A DNA stretch of 64,000 bases, taken from positions 22,940,001 through 23,004,000 of the forward strand of contig OZ024742.1 in the NCBI GenBank assembly GCA_964016885.1. Reading direction: 5' to 3'. Source of the DNA: Eledone cirrhosa (lineage: Eukaryota). Position 1 is the first letter of the stretch. Every line of letters begins with the position of its first letter. The notes beneath the pieces are model-generated. The model saw only the letters and a list, made by a program, of their open reading frames with translations. It had not been told where the DNA came from and did no database searches. The position numbers and the translations under genes are program-made. Of the stretch, positions 46,101 to 61,392 are shown piece by piece.

Positions 46101-49100
46101 CACCAATAACAACAACACCAACAACAACAGCAACAACATCGCCAACAACAACTCCAACAACAACACCAATAACAACAACACCAAAAACATCACCACCACC
46201 AACAACAACAACAACAACAACAACAACACCAACAATACCACCAACAACACCACCAACAACAACACCAACAACAACACCAACAACAACACCCATAACAACA
46301 ACACCAACAACAACAGCAACAACATCGCCAACAACAACACCAATAACAACACCCATAACAACAACACCAACAACATCACCACCACCACCAACAACAACAA
46401 CAATACCACCAACAACACGACCAACAACACCACCAACAACAACACCAACAACAACACCAATAACAACAACATCAACAACAACACCAACAACAAACACCAA
46501 TAAGAGCAACAACACCAACAACAACAACAACAACACCAACAACAACAACACTAACAGCAACATTAGCAACAACAACACTAACAACAACACTAACAACAAC
46601 ACCATCACCAACACCAACAACAACAACAAAACCAACAACAGCACCAATAACAACAACACCAACAACAACACCAAAAACAACACCTCTAACCACAACACCA
46701 ACAACAACACCAACAACAACAGCACCAACAACAACAACAACACACACAACAACACCAACTACAACAATACTAACAACAACACCAGCAACAACAACAGCAC
46801 CAACAACAACAACAACAACACCAACAACAAGACCACCAACAAAACCAACAACAACAACAGCACGAACAACACTACATACAGCAACAAGAACAACACCAAC
46901 AATAACACCAACAATACCACCAACAACACGACGAACAACAGCACCAACAACAACACCAACAACAACACCAACAATACCACCAACAACAACACCAACAACA
47001 ACACCAACAACAACACCAACAACAACACCAACAACAACACCAACAACAGCACCAACAACACCCACAACAACACCGACAACAACACCAACACCAAAAACAA
47101 CACCATCAACTACACCAAAAACAACACCAACAAAAACAGCAAAGACATCACCAACAACAACACCAACAACAACACCAATAACAACAACACCAACAACAAC
47201 AGCAACAACATCGCCAACAACAACTCCAACAACAACACCAGTAACAACAACACCAAAAACATCACCACCACCAACAACAACAACAACAACAACAACAACA
47301 CCAACAATACCACCAACAACACCACCAACAACACCCCCAACAACAACACCAACAACAACACCCATAACAACAACACCAACAACAACAGCAACAACATCGC
47401 CAACAACAACACCAATAACAACACCCATAACAACAACACCAACAACATCACCACCACCACCAACAACAACAACAATACCACCAACAACACGACCAACAAC
47501 ACCACCAACAACAACACCAACAACAACACCAATAACAACAACATCAACAAGAACACCAACAACAAACACCAATAAGAGCAACAGCAACAACAACAACAAC
47601 AACAACAACACCAACAACAACAACACTAACAGCAACATTAGCAACAACAACACTAACAACAACACTAACAACAACACCATCACCAACACCAACAACAACA
47701 ACAAAACCAACAACAGCACCAATAAAAACAACACCAACAACAACACCAAAAACAACACCACTAACCACAACACCAACAACAACACCAACAACAACAGCAC
47801 CAACAACAACAGCAACACCAACAACAACAGCACCAACAACAACAACAACACACACAACAACACCAACTACAACAATACTAACAACAACACCAGCAACAAC
47901 AACAGCACCAACAACAACAACAACAACACCAACAACAAGACCACCAACAAAACCAACAACAACAACAGCACGAACAACACTACATACAGCAACAAGAACA
48001 ACACCAACAATAACACCAACAATACCACCAACAACACGACGAACAACAGCACCAACAACAACACCAACAACAACACCAACAATACCACCAACAACAACAC
48101 CAACAACAACACCAACAACAACACCAACAACAACACCATCAACAACACCAACAACACCACCAACAACAACACCAACAACAACACCAAAAACAACACCGAT
48201 AACAACAACACCAACAAAACCAACAACAACACCACTAATACCAACAACACCACTAATACCAACAACAACACCAATAACAACACCAACAACAACACCAACA
48301 ACAGCCAACGCCAACAACAACACCAACAACAACACCAACACCGACACCAACAACACCACCAACAAAAACACCAACAACAACACCAAAAACAACACCGATA
48401 ACAATAACACCAACAACACCAACAACAACACCACTAATACCAACAACACCACCAACAACAACACCAACAACAACACCAACAACAGCGCCAACAAAAACAC
48501 CAACAACAACACCAACACCGACACCAACAACAACAGCAACAATAACACCAACAATAACAACAACAACACCACCAACACCAACAACAGCAACAACACCAAC
48601 AACAACACCAACACAAACAACAGCGACAACAACAACAACCCCACCACCAACAACAACAACACTAACAACAGCACTAACAACAACAATAACAACAACACTA
48701 ACAACAACACCAACACCAACACCAACAACAACATCACCAACAACACCAACAACAACAAAATCACCAACAACAACACAAACAATACCACTACCAACAACAA
48801 CAACACCAACAACGACACCAACAAGGACACCAACAAAAACACAAATCACCACACCACCACCAACAACAACACCAACAATAAAACTAACCACAACACCAAC
48901 TACAGCGCCAACAACAACACCAACAACAACACCAACAACAACACCAACAACAACGCCAACAACAACACCAACACCAACAACAACACCAACAACAGCACCA
49001 ACAACACCCACAACAACACCAACAACAACACCAACACCAAAAACAACACCATCAACTACACCAAAAACAACACCAACAAAAACAGCAACGACATCACCAA

Positions 49101-52100
49101 CAACAACACCAACAACAACACCAATAACAACAACACCAACAACAACAGCAACAACATCGCCAACAACAACTCCAACAACAACACCAATAACAACAACACC
49201 AAAAACATCACCACCACCAACAACAACAACAACAACAACAACAACACCAACAATACCACCAACAACACCACCAACAACAACACCAACAACAACACCAACA
49301 ACAACACCCATAACAACAACACCAACAACAACAGCAACAACATCGCCAACAACAACACCAATAACAACACCCATAACAACAACACCAACAACATCACCAC
49401 CACCACCAACAACAACAACAATACCACCAACAACACGACCAACAACACCACCAACAACAACACCAACAACAACACCAATAACAACAACATCAACAACAAC
49501 ACCAACAACAAACACCAATAAGAGCAACAACACCAACAACAACAACAACAACACCAACAACAACAACACTAACAGCAACATTAGCAACAACAACACTAAC
49601 AACAACACTAACAACAACACCATCACCAACACCAACAACAACAACAAAACCAACAACAGCACCAATAACAACAACACCAACAACAACACCAAAAACAACA
49701 CCTCTAACCACAACACCAACAACAACACCAACAACAACAGCACCAACAACAACAACAACACACACAACAACACCAACTACAACAATACTAACAACAACAC
49801 CAGCAACAACAACAGCACCAACAACAACAACAACAACACCAACAACAAGACCACCAACAAAACCAACAACAACAACAGCACGAACAACACTACATACAGC
49901 AACAAGAACAACACCAACAATAACACCAACAATACCACCAACAACACGACGAACAACAGCACCAACAACAACACCAACAACAACACCAACAATACCACCA
50001 ACAACAACACCAACAACAACACCAACAACAACACCAACAACAACACCATCAACAACACCAACAACACCACCAACAACAACACCAACAACAACACCAAAAA
50101 CAACACCGATAACAACAACACCAACAAAACCAACAACAACACCACTAATACCAACAACAACACCAATAACAACACCAACAACAACACCAACAACAACCAA
50201 CGCCAACAACAACACCAACAACAACACCAACACCGACACCAACAACAACAGCAACAATAACACCAACAATAACAACAACAACACCACCAACACCAACAAC
50301 AGCAACAACACCAACAACAACATCAACGCAAACAACAGCAACAACAACAACAACAGCACCACCAACAACAACAACACTAACAACATCACTAACAACATGA
50401 ATAACAACAACACTAACAACATCACCAACAACACCAACAACAATAAAATCACCAACAACAACACCGACAACAACAACACAAACAATACCACTACGAACAA
50501 CAACAACACCAACAACGACACTAACAACAACACCAACAACAACACTAATCACCACACCACCAACAACAACAACAGCAACAACAAAACTAACCACAACACT
50601 AACTACAGCGCCAACAACAACAACAACACCAACAACAACACCAACAACAACACCAAGAACAACGCCAACAACACCAACACCAACAACAACACCAACAACA
50701 ACACCAACAACAACAGCACCAACAACAACAGCAACACCAACAACAACAGCACCAACAACAACAACAACACACACAACAACACCAACTACAACAATACTAA
50801 CAACAACACCAGCAACAACAACAGCACCAACAACAACAACAACACCAACAACAAGACCACCAACAAAACCAACAACAACAACAGCACGAACAACACTACC
50901 TACAGCAACAAGAACAACACCAACAATAACACCAACAATACCACCAACAACACGACAAACAACAGCACCAACAACAACACCAACAACAACACCAACAATA
51001 CCACCAACAACAACACCAACAACAACACCAACAACAACACCAACAACAACACCAACAACAACACCAAAAACACCACCAACAACAACACCAACAACAACAC
51101 CAAAAACAACACCGATAACAACAACACCAACAAAACCAACAACAACACCACTAATACCAACAACAACACCAATAACAACACCAACAACACCAACAACAAC
51201 CAACGCCAACAACAACACCAACAACAACACCAACACCGACACCAACAACAACAGCAACAATAACACCAACAATAACAACAACAACACCACCAACACCAAC
51301 TACAGCAACAACACCAACAACAACACCAACGCAAACAACAGTAACAACAACAACAACAGCACCACCAACAACAACAACACTAACAACATCACCAACAACA
51401 CCAACAACAACAAAATCACCAACAACAACACCGACAACAACAACACAAACAATACCACTACCAACAACAACAACACCAACAACGACACTAACAACAACAC
51501 CAACAACAACAGCAATCACCACACCACCAACAACAACAACAGCAACAACAAAACTAACCACCAACAACAACACCAACAACAACAGCCACGACGACACCAA
51601 CAGCAACACCAACAACAACACCATCAACTACACCAACAACAACACCAACAACAACAGCAACAACATCACCAACAACAACACCAACAACAACACCAATAAC
51701 AACAACACCAACAACAACAGCAACAACATCACCAACAACAACACCAACAACAACACCAATAACAACAACACCAACAACATCACCAACAACAACAACAACA
51801 CCAACAACAACACCAACAATACCACCAACAACACCACCAACAACACCACTAACAACAACACCAACAACAACACCAATAACAACAACATCAACAACAACAC
51901 CAACAACAACACCAACAACAACACCAACAACAACAACATCAACAACAACACCAACAATACCACCAACAACAACACCAACAACAACAACAACAAAAACAAC
52001 ACCAATAACAACAACACCAACAACACCAACAACAACACCATTAACACCAACAACAATACCGACAACAACACCAACAACAACACCAACAACAACACCAACA

Positions 52101-55100
52101 ACAACACCAACACCAACAACAATAGCAACAACAACACCAACAATAACAACAACAACACCACCAACACCAATACCAACAACAGCAACAACACCAACAACAA
52201 CATCAACACCAACAACAGTAACAACAGCAACAACAACAACAACAACAACACCAACAACAACAACACTAACAACAACACTAACAACAACAACACTAACAAC
52301 AACACTAACAACAACACTAACAACAACACCATCACAAACACCACCAACAACAACAACAACAACACCAACAACAACACCAACAACAACACCACTAACCACA
52401 ACACCAACAACAACACCAACAATAACAACACCAACAACAGCAACCCCAACAACAACAGCAACAACAACAACAGTATCAACAGCAACAACAACACCAACAT
52501 CAGCAACAACAACAACACCAACAACAGCACCAACAACAACAACATCACCAAGAACAGCACCAACAACAACACCAACAATAACACCTACAACAACACCAAC
52601 AGCAACACCTACAATACCACAACCAACAGCAATACCACCAACACCACTAACAACAGCACCAACTACACCAACAACAACAACAACAACACACACACCAACA
52701 CCAACAACAGCACCAACAACAACAACACAAACAACAAGACCACCAACAAAACACACAACAACAACAGCACGAACAACACTACCTACAGCAACAAGAACAA
52801 CAGCACCAACAACAACACCAACAACACCAACAACAACACCAACAACAAGAACAACACCACCAACAACAACACCAACAACAACACCAACAACAACACCAAC
52901 AACAACACCATCAATAACACCAACAACAACACCAACCACAACAACACCAACAACAACATCACAAACAACACCACCAACAGCAATAACAACACCAACAACA
53001 CCACCAACAGCAGCACCAACAACACCAACAACAACCGCACCAACAACACCAACAACAACACCAACAACACCACCAACAACAACACCAGCAACAATAACAC
53101 CAACAACAAGAACACCAACAACAGCACCAACAACAACGACACCAACAGCAACACCAACACTAACAACATCACTAACAACATGAATAACAACAACACTAAC
53201 AACATCACCAACAACACCAACAACAACAAAATCACCAACAACAACACCGACAACAACAACAGAAACAATACCACTACCAACAACAACAACACCAACAACG
53301 ACACTAACAACAACACCAACAACAACACCAATCCCCACACCACCAACAACAACAACAGCAACAACAAAACTAACCACAACACTAACTACAGCGCCAACAA
53401 CAACAACAACACCAACAACAACACCAACAACAACACCAAGAACAACGCCAACAACACCAACACCAACAAAAACACCAACAACAGCACCAACAACACCCAC
53501 GACGACACCAACAGCAACACCAACAACAACACCATCAACTACACCAACAACAACACCAACAACAACACCAACAACAACAGCAACAACATCACCAACAACA
53601 CCAACAACAACACCAATAACAACAACATCAACAACAACAGCAACAACATCACCAACAACAACACCAACAACAACACCAATAACAACAACACCAACAACAT
53701 CACCAACAACAACAACAACACCAACAACAACACCAACAATACCACCAACAACACCACCAACAACACCACTAACAACAACACCAACAACAACACCAATAAC
53801 AACAACATCAACAACAACACCAACAACAACACCAACAACAACACCAACAACAACAACATCAACAACAACACCAACAATACCACCAACAACAACACCAACA
53901 ACAACAACACCAAAAACAACACCAATAACAACAACACCAACAACAACACCATTAACACCAACAACAATACCGACAACAACACCAACAACAACAGCAACAA
54001 CAACACCAACAATAACAACAACAACACCACCAACACCAATACCAACAACAGCAACAACACCAACAACATCAACACCAACAACAGTAACAACAGCAACAGT
54101 AACAACAACAACAACACCAACAACAACAACACTAACAACAACACTAACAACAACAACACTAACAACAACACTAACAACAACACCATCACCAACACCAACA
54201 ACAACAACAACAACAACAACAACAGCACCAACAACAACAACACCAACAACAACACCAACAACAACACCACTAACCACAACACCAACAACAACACCAACAA
54301 TAACAACACCAACAACAGCAACCCCAACAACAACAGCAACAACAACAACAGTATCAACAGCAACAACAACACCAACAGCAGCAACAACAACAACACCAAC
54401 AACAGCACCAACAACAACAACAACAACACCAAGAACAGCACCAACAACAACACCAACAATAACACCTACAACAACACCAACAGCAACACCTACAATACCA
54501 CAACCAACAGCAATACCACCAACACCACCAACAACAGCACCAACTACACCAACAACAACAACAACAACACACACACCAACACCAACAACAGCACCAACAA
54601 CAACAACACCAACAACAAGACCACCAACAAAACACACAACAACAACAGCACGAACAACACTACCTACAGCAACAAGAACAACAGCACCAACAACAACACC
54701 AACAACACCAACAACAACACCAACAACAAGAACAACACCACCAACAACAACACCAACAACAACACCAACAACAACACCAACAACAACACCATCAATAACA
54801 CCAACAACAACACCAACCACAACAACACCAACAACAACATCACAAACAACACCACCAACAACAATAAAAACACCAACAACACCACCAACAGAAGCACCAA
54901 CAACACCAACAACAACCGCACCAACAACACCAACAACAACACCAACAACACCACCAACAACAACACCAGCAACAATAACACCAACAACAAGAACACCAAC
55001 AACAGCACCAACAACAACGACACCAACAGCAACACCAACACTAACAACATCACTAACAACATGAATAACAACAACACTAACAACATCACCAACAACACCA

Positions 55101-58015
55101 ACAACAACAAAATCACCAACAACAACACCGACAACAACAACAGAAACAATACCACTACCAACAACAACAACACCAACAACGACACTAACAACAACACCAA
55201 CAACAACACCAATCCCCACACCACCAACAACAACAACAGCAACAACAAAACTAACCACAACACTAACTACAGCGCCAACAACAACAACAACACCAACAAC
55301 AACACCAACAACAACACCAAGAACAACGCCAACAACACCAACACCAACAAAAACACCAACAACAGCACCAACAACACCCACGACGACACCAACAGCAACA
55401 CCAACAACAACACCATCAACTACACCAACAACAACACCAACAACAACACCAACAACAACAGCAACAACATCACCAACAACACCAACAACAACACCAATAA
55501 CAACAACATCAACAACAACAGCAACAACATCACCAACAACAACACCAACAACAACACCAATAACAACAACACCAACAACATCACCAACAACAACAACAAC
55601 ACCAACAACAACACCAACAATACCACCAACAACACCACCAACAACACCACTAACAACAACACCAACAACAACACCAATAACAACAACATCAACAACAACA
55701 CCAACAACAACACCAACAACAACACCAACAACAACAACATCAACAACAACACCAACAATACCACCAACAACAACACCAACAACAACAACACCAAAAACAA
55801 CACCAATAACAACAACACCAACAACAACACCATTAACACCAACAACAATACCGACAACAACACCAACAACAGCAGCAACAACAACACCAACAATAACAAC
55901 AACAACACCACCAACACCAATACCAACAACAGCAACAACACCAACAACATCAACACCAACAACAGTAACAACAGCAACAGTAACAACAACAACAACACCA
56001 ACAACAACAACACTAACAACAACACTAACAACAACAACACTAACAACAACACTAACAACAACACCATCACCAACACCAACAACAACAACAACAACAACAA
56101 CAACAGCACCAACAACAACAACACCAACAACAACACCAACAACAACACCACTAACCACAACACCAACAACAACACCAACAATAACAACACCAACAACAGC
56201 AACCCCAACAACAACAGCAACAACAACAACAGTATCAACAGCAACAACAACACCAACAGCAGCAACAACAACAACACCAACAACAGCACCAACAACAACA
56301 ACAACAACACCAAGAACAGCACCAACAACAACACCAACAATAACACCTACAACAACACCAACAGCAACACCTACAATACCACAACCAACAGCAATACCAC
56401 CAACACCACCAACAACAGCACCAACTACACCAACAACAACAACAACAACACACACACCAACACCAACAACAGCACCAACAACAACAACACCAACAACAAG
56501 ACCACCAACAAAACACACAACAACAACAGCACGAACAACACTACCTACAGCAACAAGAACAACAGCACCAACAACAACACCAACAACACCAACAACAACA
56601 CCAACAACAAGAACAACACCACCAACAATAACACCAACAACAACACCAACAACAACACCAACAACAACACCATCAACAACACCAACAACAACACCAACCA
56701 CAACAACACCAACAACAGCATCACGAACAACACCACCAACAACAATAACAACACCAACAACAACACCACCAACAACAGCACCAACAACACCAACAACACC
56801 AACAACAACACCAACAACACCACCAACAACAACACCAGCAACAAGAACACCAACAACAAGAACACCAACAACAGCACCAACAACAACGACACCAACAGCA
56901 ACACCAAAACAACAGCAACACCACCAACAACAACACCAATAACAACGACACTAACAACAACACTAACAACAACACCAACAACAACAAAAACAGCACCAAC
57001 AACAACAGCAACACCAACAACAATACCAACAACAACACCAACAACAACAACAACAGCACCAACAAGAACACCAACAACAACACCAACAGCAGCACCAACA
57101 ACGACATCAACAACAACACCAACAACAACAACAACAACACCAACAACACCAACATCAACAACAACACCAACAACAACAACAACAACACCAACAACAAAAC
57201 CAACAACAACACCAACAAGAACACCAACAACAACAACACCAACAACAACACCAACAACACCAACAACACCAACAACACTACCAACAGCAACACCAACAAC
57301 AATACCAACAAAAACACCAACAACAACAACAGCACCAACAAGAACACCAACAACAACACCCACAACAACACCAACAACAACACCAACAACACCAACAACA
57401 CCAACAACACTACCAACATCAACACCAACAACAATACCAACAAAAACACCAACAACAACAACAGCACCAACAAGAACACCAACAACAACACCCACAACAA
57501 CACCAACAACAACACCAACAACAGCACCAAATGCAGCAGTAAAGACAGTAACATAATGACGACAGCACTTTATACATCAGTGACAATGAAATTTACCTTT
57601 CCATCCTCCATGACATCCATTAGATCCTCGAGAACTATTGAACAGGCAAAGAAATTCTATTTAGAAAGAGATTATGTAAAAATAAAAACCAAAAAAGCAA
57701 TCAAGGAAGATATTCTAAACGAAGTTTATTATCCTAACATAACACCATTACAGGCAATGGAATTATATTTACCATTCTGAAATAGCTCAACGAACAAGAG
57801 AATCCTGTGATATATGGATTCCAAGGATATTAATCATATTGGGTGGAATATCTATTGGTAATTTATATCTATGGTAATTCATAATATGATTCGGTGTCAC
57901 AGATAACAATGATAATATACTATCGATCATTAGGTAAAGTAATTATAATAATAATAATCATGATGATACAGGAAAACAATCTCCTAATGGAACAGTTGAA
58001 GGAGAAGAAATATAA
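39132..58015 (+). pseudogene. Putative disrupted giant Thr/Pro-rich (mucin-like) membrane protein
   Basis: Unique sequence enters the array in the Thr/Pro frame (..KPMSMTTLPSTTPPTIAPTIVPTTEPTT) and exits in it (..TTPTTAPNAAVKTVT). Downstream frameshifted pieces include hydrophobic IWIPRILIILGGISIG/FISMVI and a polar tail ending GTVEGEEI*. There are many frameshifts and stops. Confidence 0.45.
39310..57530 (+). repeat. ~18.2-kb degenerate (ACA/CCA)n array with higher-order repeats (507/375, 1946, 3018, 1881 bp)
   Basis: Marker TAAGAG occurs at 44555, 46501, 47573 and 49519; ATCCCCACAC at 53331 and 55212. The ORF track has identical translations offset by 3018 and 1881. Confidence 0.97.
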
Positions 58016-60739
58016 AAAAATTACAAAATAATTGAAGCAATGATTGGTGAGAAAATGTGAAACGAATATTAATATCGCAAAATTGACGTTATTTTTCCAT
58101 CTTTCTTTCCTTAATAATTTCTTACCATTTCCAGTGTTGTTCGTTTCCTCGTTATTGCTGAAGGATTATGAGGAGTTCTTGTTGCTTGTTCTCTGGTCGG
58201 ACCCATGCTGGAAGAAGGGTCACGGACATGTCACTTGATCTGCAGTTGCCGGCAAAGAATCCTAACTTGATTGATGTCACCTTCCCTTTTATTATGCTGT
58301 TTCTGTCACTTCTAAGCAGCAGGTCCACAAGTTTAACAGCTGCCAATTTTCCTGTGTACAGGGGCTCTCACTGGCCTTTTCTATGCTCCGTCAAATCCAT
58401 AGTTACTCAATCCTGCTTTTACGCATAACAAATTTAAAGAAAAAAACCTGTGAAGGGAAGCACAGTTGGTTTCGACAGTGAGTGTTCTGATTGCTTTGAA
58501 TCAACGGAATAAATTACTCTTGAAATGAATGTGTAAGTGGCTAAGCATTCCACAGACATATGTTTCTTAATTTAATTCTCAGGGAGATTCAGCATGACAC
58601 AGTTTGACTGTCAGAACCCTTTCAATTATGGTAAAGTACCGGACTTCGAAACAATTTACGTCAACCCAATTTCACTCGTACAGCGTGGGTCTACCCGAAA
58701 ATATGGTGGTAAATAAACATTACCCAAGATACTCCGCTATAGACTAGAACCCAGGACTTCATGATTTATGGTCCGTTCTATTGTCTCTGAAATTGTAGTG
58801 AATACAGTATGGTCGAATAGATCAACTGATAATAAGTGTTTCTTAGAACTTGTCATCTTCATATTTTAATATATTAACTTTAACTAGTAAACACACGAAC
58901 ATCTGTAATCCATTTAGTGTGATGTCTGGGAATAAGGAACTTCCTCCAATAAAGAATCTCAAAGTTTTATGTTTCCAAGGAATATCGAATACTATCTCAG
59001 AAAGAATATTTCGTGTGCTGTTCTATAGTCTCTTCACGTGTTTATATAGAAAACAATTCGGTAAGGTTAAATACTTCCATTTACCATTAGACAACTTGTT
59101 TATGTACAAACTTATCAAGAATGCAAGAAAAAATATGGAAAAATCAATAATCAAGTAATAAAAAATAACCTTTCTTGACTTTCCTTGATCAAAGAGAGTA
59201 TTTGTTTATTCTATTTTATGTACTTTTATTATACTTTATTTTTGCATTGTTTTAAATTTCTTTCTTTTTTCTTTGTTTTTCTCAAACATGATGTTATCTA
59301 ACATAATATTTGACGATTTGAGCTTCATTGTGGATGTTACTTTCTGCTAAGATTCCTATCTTTTTTATGACCACTAATGCTAAGGAAACTTCTGACACAT
59401 ATTTATGTAAGCTAATGGTATTCCTGCTTCACTGAATTAACTGGCAAAACTTTTTAATCTGCTCTAAAAATGTATTAATAGAATATTTGAAAATGCTCCT
59501 TTTTTTCTGGCTTGCTATTCAAAGAAGGAAACATTGATACCATCTTCTTATCTGCTTCCTATCATTCCTTTCTTTAGTTTGAACAATGCAGTCAATATAT
59601 GTGTTAGAAGGTTCGTGAGTTTGAGAACAATGCATCAAAGACAACACTTCAGTGTTATCTCTTTCCCGCTCATCACATATTTCTTTACAAATGTGTTGAT
59701 CTTAGATGTCCAATGTATGTTATGTATCTCGTTTGTTTATTGCTATGATCAGACACATTTATTCCACGAGATTAGGGGAGTATAATTTCACTAAGTTGTA
59801 CTTCTCTTACTAACTTTTAAATAAATAGTTTAGTACTTTGACAAGACAATATTTCCGTTTCTGTTGCGGCTAGTTGAAGTAAATGTTTACATTAAAAGTT
59901 AGAAAGTATTAAAATAACGTATTGCAATACATTAACTACATAGGTAGAAGGCTATATATTTTGGAAAAAGAAACTTTCGATTAACTTAAACCCGGTATTG
60001 AACTGGTATTTATTTTATCGACTCAGGTAGGATGTATGGTTTGTTAACCAGTAATTCATGAACCTATGATAACTATATATTCACCCCAACTTCTAATGGT
60101 TTTGCAACCAGCCATCACTCTTCTTCAATTAATATAACGCTAGTTATGAAACCTTTAGAGTCAAATGAGCAAGATAGCTTTAATTCGTGGCAATATATGT
60201 TGCATTTAATTTAGTCAACATTTCTCATTGAGAGAAAAAAGATGTACATCAAAGACTGTGTGTCGTGGTGAAGGACAACTCGCAATGACACTTCCAGATA
60301 GGAAACATTTATATCTTTGGTAGTGATATCCTAGTGAGGTTAGTGTCTTTTAGCATAGCATCGTTTTGTAACAAACCGTGAGATTAAAATTATTATAAGG
60401 AAACTGATAGGATGTGCCTCGATTGGGTTTTACCTGCAATTCAAAGGACCTACCTTGTCACATACTGCATCACTTTAATCGCACTGAGATATACGTTAAT
60501 ACTATCTGTTTATGTGAAATATCCAACCATTTTGGCGTTAATTTTATCATTTAGTCCATTATTATGATCGAAGATTTGGAAAAATCATTATGGAAAGCGA
60601 CGAAGACCGATTCATGGAATCTATCGACAAGTTCCCACATCTCATGTACTTAACGGCTAAGGTAGGATTCGACAAATTCGACCAAGGAAACAATGTTTCC
60701 ATTGGTCTTTCCATTGCTCATACTATCTGCCGGCTGCAA

Positions 60740-60850
60740 TGTTTGACAGAAAGAGCAAAGCAACGTCAAAGGACATACCAGATCTCCAGACCCGAGAATC
60801 GAACACAGAGCCTCTAGATTGCGAATCCAATTCCCTAAACCCTAGGTCAC
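60740..60850 (-). mobile_element. Decayed tRNA-derived SINE head
   Basis: GAGAATCGAACAC..CCTCTAGATTGCGA..CCCTAAACCCTAGGTCAC is the reverse complement of a tRNA-like head. Confidence 0.5.
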
Positions 60851-61040
60851 AGGCCTAGATCCATTTAGAGCAAATATTCCTTTTTAGCTTTGTTTCCATT
60901 GTGACCTCATTTTGTTAATGTTTAATTCATACCTTTGTTACACAAGATACATTTAATCCTGTTCCTCATCACATGAGGATCATGTAGTGACAGTGTGTTG
61001 CTGTAAATGTTTGTATACTCTAGGGTGATATTAGAAAATA

Positions 61041-61392
61041 CTAGACCACCCGTTGGGCCAAGTTCAATTAAAAAATATTTTTAAAAAATCATGTTCACTT
61101 AGAAATAATTTTTTAAAAATTAAAATATGCACATATATGTCTGTCTTTCAATATACGCTCTCACAACCTCTATCTCTTTTTCTCTATCTTTCTGTCTTTC
61201 TATTTATGAAGGTACCCGGGAAAAACCCGTATTTCGGGAACATGTGCTCCGATTTACGCAAAACATGGTTTATTCCCTTTGTATTCCCATTTCAGGGGCC
61301 AATTCCTTTTAAAGTATTTGCCCATTATGCGCCGTTTTGGCTGTATTAAACTACAGACAAGCACACAATCACAGAGTTTTAGTAGTATATAA
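61041..61392 (-). mobile_element. Possible non-autonomous Helitron
   Basis: Minus strand ends GGCCCAACGGGTGGTCTAG and starts with a TATATACTACTAAAA-like sequence. Confidence 0.45.

Noticed and set aside
39200-57554. Long minus-strand Val/Gly and Leu/Val ORFs (up to 1715 aa)
   Set aside because: They are the antisense reading of the ACA/CCA array, with no unique protein-like termini.
58126-58448. Minus-strand exon or LINE ORF1 remnant
   Set aside because: It has AG/GT-like boundaries, but every frame contains stops and no diagnostic motif is present.
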